Source of the DNA: Vezdaea acicularis
Taxonomy: Eukaryota
Direction: 5' to 3'
DNA length: 50,192 nt
Assembly: GCA_026025075.1 (NCBI GenBank)
Contig: JAPEUI010000114.1
Coordinates: 1 to 50,192 of the forward strand
Positions 1 to 10,787 of the stretch are shown here, piece after piece. The first letter of the stretch is position 1, and every line of letters starts with the position of its first letter. A model generated the notes under the pieces. The model ran no database searches and was not told where the DNA came from. It was given only the letters and a program-made list of their open reading frames with translations. Both the position numbers and the translations under genes were made by a program.

Positions 1-126
1 GACCGGGCACGTGATGACCCGTATATATAGCATATCCCCCTAGATAGAATGAATGCAACTCTTTCATCATAAAACCGTCCCAGGACGCCTTGTCCTTGCA
101 GTGTCTGGACACCCCGTGCCCTGACA
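1..126 (+). repeat. Possible 3' end of an LTR from a different element
   Basis: TATA-like GTATATATAG, ATAGAATGAATGCAA stretch, ends CTGACA; no similarity to the LTR at 5391-5652. Confidence 0.3.
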
Positions 127-350
127 CTCTCGATTGCCTCGTAGTTATGCCCTATGCGTTAAGCTGCTCTGCCTCGTTAAAACTGTAAAAACCTATGTAG
201 GAAAACCAGAAAGAGTGCAGACAGTCTCATGCGTGGCTACTGAGTGTCTCGTGAGTAGGGCTTGAGCGTGTCTTCTTCATCAAGATATCCATCGTCTTCC
301 GATGTCTCCAGGGTTCTTCAAGCCCTATGGAGCTCCTCGAGCAATAGGGA

Positions 351-3300
351 CTATGTTGCGACACGATTGCGTCTCTGTCTAGGCTTCCGTTGATGCCGTT
401 CCTCAGTAAGCTTATTTGCTTTAGTAGGATAACGCTCATGGAAGTCTGAGACCAGCTTGCGCAGCGCTTGAGTGGTATCCAGCTCAGGGGCTGATAGCCA
501 CTCATTCTCAAAGTCGCCCCTATCCTCGTACGAGACTAAGTACTTGAGCTCCCCGTAGTGAAGCTTACTGTCGAGGACCTTTCCTACGACTAAGTCATCG
601 TCGCTGGGGACACGCAAGGGTAAAGCCCCAGCGTCGCTGCGGTCCTCGCCAGCCTTATAGGGCTCAAGTAGGGAGACATGGAATACGGGATGGATCTTGG
701 TTCCCTCGGGGAGGCTCAGGCGATAAGCCTGCTCCCCTATTGCGTCTACTATGCGATAGGGCCCATAGTACTTATAATCGAGTTTCTTTGAAGGTCTCGC
801 AGTACGTATGTTCCTACCCGATAGCCAGACCATATCATCAATGGCATAATCCATTGGCTTGTGCTTTGCGTCATAGTACTCTGCTTGCTTAGCCACTGCC
901 TCTTCCCACCTCGCCGTGAGCTCCTTTCGCAGCTTGTTTACTGCATCGAGCCTCACGTTGACCGCAGGGAGGTCGCAGGCTTCTCTCGGGAGCTCATCAC
1001 CCGTGTTAGGGTGCTCGCCCCGCACAGCATAAAAAGGGGTCATTCCCGTTGTACTATGCACGCTATTATTATACGCAAACTCTGCACTCGTGAGCCACTC
1101 AAGCCAGTCATCTTGCTGGTAGTTGACGTAGCTTCGGAGATACTGCTCCAGAGTTTGGTTCTGCCGCTCAGTTTGGCCGTCTGTCTGAGGGTGGAACGCG
1201 GTGCTTAAGCGTCGCTTGATCCTCAGTTGATAGCAGAATGCTGACCAAAACTTTGACGTGAATTGGGTACCCCTATCCGTCACAATAGACGTCGGGACCC
1301 CATAGTCCTTCCAGATGCGCCGGTAGAACAGATCTGCCAGGCCAGCCGCATCCAGGCTCTTCCAAGTTGGTATATACATGGCCATCTTTGATAGCCGATC
1401 GACCACCACCAAGATGGCATCGTATGAGTGACCCTTGCGTCCAGCAGGAGGCAAGTCAGTGATGAAGTCCATCGTGAGGTCCTTCCACACCCCCTGAGGT
1501 GCAGGAAGCGATTGCAGCTGCCCGTGGGGCTTATGCCTGATCGCCTTACTTCGTGCGCATGCGTTACACGTGCGAACATACTGCTTGATGTCCCTAGACA
1601 TCCCAGGCCAGTAATACTTGCGACGTACTAGCTCCAGCGTACGGAGATACCCAAAGTGACCCGCGTGTGGATCGTCGTGGTTACTCCGCATAGCTTCTCC
1701 TCTTGAGGGACTCGGGAGGTACGCTTGAGTGCCATGATATAGCACACCACCGCTGACATTCCAGTCAGGGTCATCTCCCCCGGGTGGCATCCGCGATGCT
1801 TCACCCGCGCCCCCTTGAGTCTCCGCAGAGGCTAAGGCCAGGCGTTGCTCTTTCGTGAGACTTAGGAAGGTTATCAACCCCTGAGCAAGCTCATCGTCTT
1901 GCTGGAGTCTTGCGATAAGCCTGCGAAACTCCAGAGTAGGGTCTGAGTACGCATCTTCGGCTTTCGCGCTTTCTCTCACCTCGTTTAAAGGCACTACAGG
2001 CCTTGACTTACGACTCCTAGAGAGCATAACCGTAGCCATTAAACGCAGGGAATATGTAGCATTATTTGCTACTGTGTTATCTTGCGTCGTTTCCAAATCA
2101 GGCTCGAACCGCAGGCCTGGCTCTGATGTAACGCTTGCTACACTCAGGCGCGCCTCATCCCCTAAGGGGCTTCCGCTATCCTGTTCGAGAGCGGCGGCTT
2201 CTTGCCTAGCACGCTCCTCGTAATCAGGCCTCCGGGATGGCGCATCAGCTGGATTGAGCTTTCCCGCTCTGTAGGAGATATTCAGGTCTAACGCCGACAA
2301 TATCTCCCACCAGCGCGCGTATTTGCCCCTGAGGGTCTTTGTACTCAGGAACGTCCGCAGATTGGCATGATCCGTTAGGCAACGTATAGCATGAGTGGCT
2401 CCTTCTAGATAGTGGCGCCACTGCTTACAAGCCTCAACGATCGCCAGCATCTCGGCGTCCCCTACGCCGTAGTTTAACTCGGCTTCCTTCAAGCTCCTGG
2501 ACCAGTACGCGACAGGCCGCCAGTGAGCTTGAGTGTCTCCTGAGTCGCTCTGGGATAGGATCCCAGCAATAGCATACTTGGACGCGTCCGTCTCAAGTTG
2601 TATTGGCAGCGCAGGATCAAAGTGCCTCAAGATAGGAGCACTGGTGAAGCAACGCTTCAGCTCCTGAAAAGCCGCTATGGCTTCATCGGACATCACCAAC
2701 GTCTGGCCCGTAAACTTCCCCTTGACCGATCCTCGCAGCAGCTCGTTCAGCGGGCGTGCCACCTGAGAGTAGCTTGCGATGAACCTGCGGTAGAAGTTAG
2801 CGAACCCTAGAAAGACTTGTATGTCTCGATGGGTCTTAGGGGTAGGCCAGTCTTGAATCGTGGCTATCCGGCTTCTCTCCATCTCCACTCCAGCTGGGCT
2901 CACGATGAACCCTACGAAGCCAACCTGCGTCACATAAAATTCGCATTTGTCAAGCCTCGCAAAGAGTCTATACTTCGCCAAGCGTGAGAGAACCTTGCGT
3001 ACATGCTGAGTGTGCTCAGCGCGAGTGTCGGAGAAGATCAATATGTCATCCAGATATGCTATACAAAACACATCCAGGAAGTCCCGCAGGACGTAGTTAA
3101 TGTAACTCTGGAAGGTAGCAGGCGCATTAGCTAGGCCGAAAGGCATCACCTTATACTCATAGTGACCGTAGCGTGTGCGGAATGCCGTCTTCCATTCATC
3201 GCCCTCCTTGATCCTAATCAAGTTATATGCAGAGCGGATATCAAGCTTGCTGTAGACTTTAGCTCCCACGAGCCTATCAAGCGCCTCGCTGATGAGGGGC

Positions 3301-4229
3301 AGGGGATATCGATTCTTAAGCGTAATCCGATTCAGCCCCCTATAGTCTACACACAGCCGTAACGTCCCATCTTTCTTCTTGACGAAAATGATCGGGGCCC
3401 CCGCAGGGGAGGAGCTGGCTTGGATAAAGCCCTTCGCAAGATTCTCGGTGATATACTCCCGCAGAACCTTGAGCTCGAGATTTGATAAGGGGTACAGCGG
3501 CCCAAACGGCGGCTGCTGCCCTTGCGTATCAATCGCGTGGTCTTGGGGGCCATGAGGAGCCAACTCATTTGCCCCTTCTTTGGAGAAGACTCGTTCATAG
3601 TCAGAGTACTCCTCCGGAAGAGAGCTACTCATGGTAGTCCCCCAAAGAACTCCTGCTTCGCTCCCGCTTGCATCCTGAGTGACGATAATCTGATATGGAC
3701 GTAGATCTTCTTCACTGATGCAGGCAGCAAACGCGATAGGATGAACCACGTCGATCGCATCCGGCGTGTCCTCTGAGAGGCTCTTGCGCCAGGTTAGCGT
3801 TCCGTTTGCCCAGCGAATATCCGGATCTCGCTCTTGGAGCCATGTTATCCCTAGTATGAGATCACAGCCCGTAAAGCTAGCAGCTACATAGCTGTCCGTG
3901 TGTCGCTGGGTCTTCCCATTACTGTCCGTGACAGAGGTTTCGATGTCATGAGTCTGATAAGTAGACATGACATGTCTGCTTAGACTGCGTATACCATGAG
4001 GGGCGTCTGAGTGACCCCTGAGCCCCAACTCTTTAACTTTCAGTTGCGATATGAAATTGAGAGAGGCTCCTGAATCGATCAGAGCGTTCACTTGAGTCTC
4101 TCGTGAGTTACTCATGCGCAGTGTGACGGGTATGAACATCGTTTGAGCTCCCATCTGAGCATTGCGGGTCAGTAGCACGGAAGCTACGTCTACGACCCGG
4201 ACCCTTTTACTCGACGGTCCTGTCGTGTC
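351..4229 (-). CDS. pol: Pol polyprotein (aspartic protease, RT, RNase H, integrase, chromodomain), probably made by -1 frameshift from gag
   Basis: Protease ALIDSGA, RT LCVDYRGLN and YLDD, RNase H ETDAS, integrase HHCC plus DFITDLP..QTDGQTER, GPY motif, C-terminal chromodomain (VGKVLDSK..YLVSY..NEWL); frame open from 4229 to the stop at 351. Confidence 0.95.
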   Translation of the reverse strand, partial: DTTGPSSKRVRVVDVASVLLTRNAQMGAQTMFIPVTLRMSNSRETQVNALIDSGASLNFISQLKVKELGLRGHSDAPHGIRSLSRHVMSTYQTHDIETSVTDSNGKTQRHTDSYVAASFTGCDLILGITWLQERDPDIRWANGTLTWRKSLSEDTPDAIDVVHPIAFAACISEEDLRPYQIIVTQDASGSEAGVLWGTTMSSSLPEEYSDYERVFSKEGANELAPHGPQDHAIDTQGQQPPFGPLYPLSNLELKVLREYITENLAKGFIQASSSPAGAPIIFVKKKDGTLRLCVDYRGLNRITLKNRYPLPLISEALDRLVGAKVYSKLDIRSAYNLIRIKEGDEWKTAFRTRYGHYEYKVMPFGLANAPATFQSYINYVLRDFLDVFCIAYLDDILIFSDTRAEHTQHVRKVLSRLAKYRLFARLDKCEFYVTQVGFVGFIVSPAGVEMERSRIATIQDWPTPKTHRDIQVFLGFANFYRRFIASYSQVARPLNELLRGSVKGKFTGQTLVMSDEAIAAFQELKRCFTSAPILRHFDPALPIQLETDASKYAIAGILSQSDSGDTQAHWRPVAYWSRSLKEAELNYGVGDAEMLAIVEACKQWRHYLEGATHAIRCLTDHANLRTFLSTKTLRGKYARWWEILSALDLNISYRAGKLNPADAPSRRPDYEERARQEAAALEQDSGSPLGDEARLSVASVTSEPGLRFEPDLETTQDNTVANNATYSLRLMATVMLSRSRKSRPVVPLNEVRESAKAEDAYSDPTLEFRRLIARLQQDDELAQGLITFLSLTKEQRLALASAETQGGAGEASRMPPGGDDPDWNVSGGVLYHGTQAYLPSPSRGEAMRSNHDDPHAGHFGYLRTLELVRRKYYWPGMSRDIKQYVRTCNACARSKAIRHKPHGQLQSLPAPQGVWKDLTMDFITDLPPAGRKGHSYDAILVVVDRLSKMAMYIPTWKSLDAAGLADLFYRRIWKDYGVPTSIVTDRGTQFTSKFWSAFCYQLRIKRRLSTAFHPQTDGQTERQNQTLEQYLRSYVNYQQDDWLEWLTSAEFAYNNSVHSTTGMTPFYAVRGEHPNTGDELPREACDLPAVNVRLDAVNKLRKELTARWEEAVAKQAEYYDAKHKPMDYAIDDMVWLSGRNIRTARPSKKLDYKYYGPYRIVDAIGEQAYRLSLPEGTKIHPVFHVSLLEPYKAGEDRSDAGALPLRVPSDDDLVVGKVLDSKLHYGELKYLVSYEDRGDFENEWLSAPELDTTQALRKLVSDFHERYPTKANKLTEERHQRKPRQRRNRVAT

Positions 4230-5347
4230 TCAGCTAGCCATCTGCGGCATTCTGAGCGATAATGGCCCTTCTTGCCGCAGTGGTGGCAAGCGGCATTCTT
4301 CTTACGCTCTACCGCTGAGGGTATCGGGCGTGAAGCTGGAGGGGAGACTGCGTAGGCAGTCTTAGGAGGTTCTGCGTTAGCTCCCGTAGCGACAGTCTCT
4401 TTCTCAAACGTCTTGCGTTTGTAAAAGGGGTAACCCTTGCGATGAGAACTATGGCTCTCATGAGCAGCGCTTGATTTGAACCTGCGCAGCTCCTGCTTCC
4501 TGGCTTCATGATGGATCGCCAGCGCAATGGCAGCTTCTCTGGTCTCGGGGAGTATTCTAGACCTAAGGACTTCGTCCTGTAGCGATGGTCTGAGGGCGGC
4601 AATGATCACATTGCATCGAATGGGTTCCGGCATTAGAGGCATCCGTGACTCGTAGTCGTTGATGGCCTCGACGAGCTCAACTACCGTGCGTCCCTCTTGC
4701 TTGACGCTGCGCCAATCCTTGAGATCGCGCAGCTCAGCATTGGCATTGGTCGTAAGGAGGCGCCGGAGGTATGTCATGAAGTCCTCCCAAGTATGGCTGT
4801 CTCCTTTTTCCGCGAACCTCGTCCACGCCGCTTCGGCGGTACCCTTGAGCTTCGCTTGAGCGAAGAGAATCTTCTTCTCATCCCTTGCGAAGAAGATTGG
4901 GCGGGCCTTGAAGCAATTCTTCAGGGCTCGTTCCCATTCTCGCAGCTCCTTATGGCTGCCTCCCTTATAATCCTTGACTTCAGGAAGGGGCATATACTTC
5001 TCGTCGTCGGTCATCGTCTTCTGGCGTTTGGCCATGCTGAGATCAGCACTAGACAGCATGAGTCCATCTTGAGTGTCTCCTGCGGGTGCTGCTATGTCTT
5101 CCGCAGTAGTAGGAGGATAGCCCTCTCTGCGTAACCGCAAGAGTCGCTCAAGCTTCCGCCTGGTCTCAGCTTCTTGGGCCTCCGCTTCCATTGCCTCCAC
5201 CATACGCTCGCGAGTCGCAGGTGAGGTAGTTCTAATGATCTCTGCGTCACTCATGATAGGCTCCTGATCCTCCTCGCTGGGGGTATGAGCAACGCCAGTA
5301 GTGCCCGACGATTCTTCCACTGGTGCTGAGCCTCCTACGTCGGCCAT
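4190..5347 (-). CDS. gag: Gag (capsid plus CCHC zinc knuckle)
   Basis: ORF just upstream of pol; Cx2Cx4Hx4C knuckle CHHCGKKGHYRSEC; first ATG at 5347 (MADVGG). Confidence 0.9.
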   Translation of the reverse strand: MADVGGSAPVEESSGTTGVAHTPSEEDQEPIMSDAEIIRTTSPATRERMVEAMEAEAQEAETRRKLERLLRLRREGYPPTTAEDIAAPAGDTQDGLMLSSADLSMAKRQKTMTDDEKYMPLPEVKDYKGGSHKELREWERALKNCFKARPIFFARDEKKILFAQAKLKGTAEAAWTRFAEKGDSHTWEDFMTYLRRLLTTNANAELRDLKDWRSVKQEGRTVVELVEAINDYESRMPLMPEPIRCNVIIAALRPSLQDEVLRSRILPETREAAIALAIHHEARKQELRRFKSSAAHESHSSHRKGYPFYKRKTFEKETVATGANAEPPKTAYAVSPPASRPIPSAVERKKNAACHHCGKKGHYRSECRRWLAETRQDRRVKGSGS

Positions 5348-5377
5348 ACTGCTTATCCACCGGCTACTCAAGGATAG

Positions 5378-5388
5378 AGCATTCAATA
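5378..5388 (-). promoter_or_regulatory. Primer-binding site, self-priming type
   Basis: Minus strand TATTGAATGCT lies 2 nt inside the LTR end and is exactly complementary to AGCATTCAATA within the LTR (5529-5539). Confidence 0.75.
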
Positions 5389-5390
5389 AT

Positions 5391-5652
5391 TGTGAGGCGT
5401 AGGCGTACGAGTAGGGAGCAGACTAAACCGTATCCGGCGTAGAGCAAGCGTCACTCAGGGGGGTCACTATAGGTATCGAGAAGTATAGCATATAGTAGCA
5501 GTCAATGAATACGTCTATGTGGATTGTGTATTGAATGCTGGGGAGCCATGCCTCAGGGCTTCCCCGCATTCCTATCTACGGTGCGTCACGTGACTCAAGC
5601 CTAGTGCAGGCATAGCGCAGGCTGCGATCACGGGATGGGTACGTTCGTGACA
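5391..5652 (-). repeat. Candidate 5' LTR of the gypsy element (262 bp)
   Basis: Minus strand begins TGTCACG and ends CCTCACA, directly upstream of PBS and gag; no second copy in the window to confirm the boundaries. Confidence 0.7.
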
Positions 5653-6134
5653 CCACATCTAGCATCTCTGGCACTTAGATCCTCAGACGCTAGCGAAATG
5701 GCAAGACATGGCCTGGAAGCAATGCTTTAGCTAACAAAAAAAGTTCTGACATCAGATCAACAATATTCCAAGACTTGTCTAACTACGCAATTCTTCCTCA
5801 TCACCTACGGACGAGTCTTCAACTATTGCATCTTTCATCGAGGGTTTCTAGCGCGTGGCGCCCTCCGATGAGCAATTCCTATCTTGTGTAAGGCTAACGT
5901 ACGAATAACGTTGCCACTATCGCTTTCGCCCTGTGAATGGTCTTGATCACCCCATTTTCCGTCTTCAGTATCGCCCCAAAACGCTTTTCCATTCCTTCTC
6001 CCCAAAGTTTTAGCTTTGCCCCTTTTCTTTTACGATCTCGCTACACCTATATTGCTCGGTGGCGCCAAGGACTTTTGCTCAGGCTGTCGGTTTTCCATGG
6101 AAAGAGATCCCAGATGATGCCTGCGTTTCTCATC

Positions 6135-9100
6135 CTAGCCTTGGAATGTCTCCCTCACCTTGCGGTAATGGTCGAGCTCCTTGGCGCTAGAAGAAGAATG
6201 TTAGATGCTATGTGCAATGGAAGTAGGGCAGCCTACCTGATGCTGCCAACAAGTTCTCGTTGAGCCGATACAAAATCATCTTCTGTCACCATTACTGCGA
6301 TATCTTCCTCAGTTGCGAAGTGATCAAAGAAATAAGCTGGGGAGACCGGGCCTCCTGGAAGATCTTTAATTTTTTGGTGTACTGCAGATACTTGCCGCGT
6401 GACTGCTTTGAGCATGGCGTCCGAGCATAAAGCATACAGATCGGCCCCAGTGTATGTGAATGGAAGACTCTCTGCTACCCGCCGCAATAGTAAGGAAGGA
6501 TGCAGATGAAATCTATAGAAATATTAGTAAAGTTAGGGAAGGAGATTAATTCCAGACCCACTTTCGTGTCAGTGCTTCCAGGATCTTGAGTTGCTTTCCG
6601 TGAGTATCCGAGACTCCAAGGTAGAGCATCTTGTCAAATCTGCCAGGTCTTAGCAGCGCCGTATCGAGCAGATCTGGTCGATTTGTTGCGCCGATCACAA
6701 AGACACCACCTGCACCATCTTTACCATCGCTCATTCCATCAAGCTCTGCAAGAAGCTGGCTGACTATTCGATCCATAACGCCTCCGCTATCGCCCTGATT
6801 ACCTCGTTTTGGGGCTACAGAGTCCAATTCGTCGAAGAAGACCACACACGGCCGTGCGTCACGGGCGCGCTGGAATACACGGCGAACATTTGCTTCAGAT
6901 TCACCAATGTACATATTGAGGAGCTCCGGGCCCTTGACTGAGAAGAAGTTTAAGGAGAATTCCGTTGCGATCGCCTTGGCAAGGAGGGTCTTTCCAGTTC
7001 CAGGAGGCCCGTAAAATAGTATACCGCTTCGTTTCTTCATACCAGTTGCAAACAATTCTGGCCGCTCTAAAGGTAGCTGAATAGTCTCCATGACCGCTTC
7101 TTTAACTTCGGTGAGACCTCCAACGTCTTCCCAACTAACGCTTGGTATTTTAGGCGCACCTATAGCGTCAGAGAAGTTTTTACGGGCTGCATCAACAGCT
7201 CCCTCAAAATCAACCCTTGTTAAGCACTTTCCTTCATTTCCACCAGAGATCTGTATGTCTCGAATGTTAACTTGAGCGGAAGAGTTAGAGCTGGCCTGGG
7301 CGACTCTCACGAGCTGCTCTAGCCTCTTTTTTTGAGCAAGAATCGCTCTATCAAGGATGTCCACTAGATCTCCCGCCACGAGCGCTGCCGTTTTCAACGC
7401 TACTGCAGAAAGCTCAACATCGGGTGCAATTAGTACCCCTCTATCTTCAACAATAGCCTTGAGAAGGCCTGTTCGTTCCCCTTCATCAGGGGCAAACATC
7501 TCTAGTTCGTGTGTGAACAGGGAACGGACGTCGTCTGGAACCTTGTCGACCTCTGTAGTAGTGGCTATTACGACCCGAGATTGCGTGAAAACCTCTTTAA
7601 GTGCTGTGATCATTCTATCTGCGCTGAGCGCTTCCACATGGCGAATCAACAAGGCGCATGCCTCGGGACTGCACCAGCCCAATGCGCGCTCACATCGTGC
7701 TTTGAAGATGCCTTCGGTTTTTACGTCTCCGCCACTAGCGCCTCCCTCTGCCAAAACATCATAAGCATCGATCTTGTACGTATGCATGCCTAGATCACTG
7801 CAAGCTTGTTCAGCTGTAGTAGCTTTTCCAATGTTTCTCTGGTTTGAAACCAGTAATATCACGACTGGTTTGAGACCCAAGTGTATGGCTCGAGGAGTGG
7901 TAGCCGCAGATATCAGCTCTCGAAGACGTCGCCTCAATGGAGAGACGTATGGAGCCGGTGCTGGAGCTAATGGTAGGTGTCTTTGCAAGCCCATCCTAGG
8001 GCTTGCTCTTACGCCCAAGTAATAGTCCCAATGGCTGTCCCTAGTACTAGGAAGTCGGCTCCGTTCACTGTCAGTTTGAGCCATTCTAGTAGTCATAGGA
8101 TCAACGGTTGCTAAGCCTCCCCAAACCTCTGCTTGATCAGAATCTGGAGTATTTTCGCTTGTGGCTGGCGATATCTTTCCAACCCTAAGCCATGCTACCA
8201 CGGTATTCGAATTCGACTCATGGCGATTGTGGAGCTCCGCAGAGGAAGCCGCGAGTAAACTTTCATCAGAGTTCGGGTCTTCGGCGGGTACATTTCCCAC
8301 TTGTAGGACTTTCCCGAGGCTTTCGTCTACTACGATGGCAATCAAGTCCCCAGACTTTACCATTCGTAGCTTCTGTTCGAAGTGATCTCTCAAGCCTGCT
8401 AGGAAAGCTGCCTGCATTGCACGCTCGGTCGATGCGGGTGTCATAATTTTCAGAAAAGATACCTCTCTAGCCACCGGTGGATGAGAAGAGCTTGGCACTT
8501 TCGCTTGCTTTTTCTTGAACATGTTGGGTGACATAGGAACGTCTGCCTCCTTCGCCGGTGCAAGAGGTGACAGACGGAGGTGAGTAGGCTGTTTCAAGTT
8601 GGCCAGGAGTAGTGGCGATAGATATACTAGAGACCCCGGTGAGGATATTCTTATGCTGGTATGCCTAGGTTGCTGAGAAGATCGGAGGGTTTGACATTGA
8701 CGAAGACTACGTGAGTACATATCTGGAAGACCGTAGATTTTTGCAGCTCGCCATTCCCCAATACCGTTTTCCACGCTCTGAAAGGCGAGGCCCCAGGAGC
8801 CCAGCTCACTTCTAGGCTCAGCAGACGCTTCAACGCGAACCCAATCGCCTGAAAAACATCCAATCTTTGCAAGAGCTGCAACATCGACAAACAGCCTAGC
8901 CTCTTCGTCATCGTCGCTGATAGGCTTTGGGTGTACTAGGTCGTCCGATATTCGCTGAAGCAGCCCTTGAGCCTTGAATAGTCGGCCCTTGGTACCTCCA
9001 GCTTGGGCTGTAGTGGACGTGAATGCCGATACCATCGAACCAGGGGTAGATATGCCATTGGTACGGCGTCCGCCTGCTGGTGTGCCAGGCTCAAAGGCGG

Positions 9101-10314
9101 ATAGCACACTTTGAGTTTGAGAAGAAAGTTTAAGGGTATTGAGCGCATCAATGTTTCCAATACTATCATCCGACTCACCTTCACTCGTTGCACCGGAAGC
9201 TTCTGATTCTGATAGTTCGCTGATTCGAAGTCCGCCGCCATCATCCCCTTTTTGGGGAGATGGAGTAAGAACACCGCTGCGGTCCTCTGCAGCCGAGTAG
9301 AAACGGTCGTCAGAAGTATCCTCGTCGTCTTCAGCAGGCCCGTTCACTGATTGATGAATAGGTAATCTTGGCGCCGGACGCGCCTTGTACTCTCGATCAG
9401 TCCGAATAAGCACAACCTTAGTCCTACTAGAAATCACACCCTGCGATACAGGTTCGGCATAGATGATCTTGGCTGGCGGAGGAGGGACGTGAGTAATGGG
9501 ATGAGATGGAAACGGAAGTGGCATGAAATCGCCCGTATGGATAACAGGGGACGCTAGCAGAACCTCTCGGACGGCCTTTCGAAGCATTTCTTTGACTTGC
9601 GCTGGCGACTTGGCACGATCTAATTCATGTAGTCGAGTTGTTGAGAGACTCTTCCCCTTTCCCTTTCCCTTCCCCTTCCCTTTACCAGCAAATCCATTGA
9701 TGGCGAGACTATCAAATCCCGCAAGGGGATATGTACCGTTTTCGAGCTTCTTCGCGAACTCACTGTCAACTCTTACATACACCGTGTCTAATTTCAGTGG
9801 TACAACCTCTAGCAGTCTTACCCTAATCGAGGGCTTCTTGTAATTGGACGCTTTATCCAACGAGAATGACCGCAGATTCTGCGCGAATGTCTGAAGGGCA
9901 AGAGAGGCACCCGAAAATTCTATAGTTGATTGTGCTGGATGCCGTAAACTTGAATCTTTCATGAGGGATGTCTTGACGGGTAGAATAGTCCAGGGCCCGT
10001 CTTCAATAACATGAGAGGTGACGGGTCCCCATGGTGTGATGGCGACATAATCAACATCAGTATCCGTTACAGCATCGTCCGAAGCTATACGAGTAGAATT
10101 CAAGTTAGGTCATGGATGAGACATAACTCTGCAATGGGTGCCTACCGCGAAAAAACTTGGTCCCCGGGAACAGCTCCGATCTCAAGTCGTCTGATAAGAT
10201 GCCTATATCTCCGCTTAAAGCCTCATTTAGAACTAAATGCGCTGATATAGGTGGTTTGTCTGCTCTCCTCCGCTTTCGCTTGCGATGTTGAGGAGAATCC
10301 GTCATATTTGACAT
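6135..10314 (-). CDS. PEX6: Peroxisomal AAA ATPase Pex6
   Basis: D2 Walker A GILFYGPPGTGKT, Walker B VFFDELD, ATNRPDLLD..LLRPGRFD, degenerate D1; introns 10085-10145, 6513-6561 and 6187-6236 restore the frame; first stop TAG at 6135-6137. Confidence 0.93.
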
Positions 10315-10787
10315 GACGGGCACCAATCTATGGATGGAAATCTCGGGACAATGCGCGGTGCTTAATTATCTTGCAACATTGGTGCCAGCCAGGGGTCGAA
10401 TATGTCTCCTATACTACACAATAGACTATAGTGACTACCATTTTCGCGCTGTTGCATTGTTGAGGCTTGTCAAGCTACTTCCATGTATAGTCAAGTTACA
10501 AGATACCGGAAGAAAGCCGGTGAGTCAAACGACTTGCTTTAGCAACAGAGACTGATTCCGATTTGCCCAGTAGTTTGAGTTCCTAAAGAAACTCCGCTCT
10601 GATGTCCATCGCGAGGAGCACGCGCCGAGACGCTCTACTGTAGCCGAGGCACCTGTTACTTACCTCATCCAGTTTAGGCGAATCCTAACTTACGCTTAAC
10701 GCAAATTGTAACGTCATTGAACATGCCTTGGAAATTGCGTCACATTCAAATATTTCCTGTTGGGCTCGCCTCCGACATTATGGCCGA

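Larger units (their letters stand above)
127..5652 (-). mobile_element. Ty3/Gypsy (chromovirus, Tf1/sushi-like) LTR retrotransposon, 3' LTR not in window
   Basis: gag followed by pol in PR-RT-RH-IN-chromodomain order; TG..CA-bounded candidate LTR at 5391-5652 and PBS at 5378-5388; left boundary uncertain. Confidence 0.95.

Noticed and set aside
9650..9686. GKGKGK repeat in Pex6
   Set aside because: Ordinary low-complexity loop expansion
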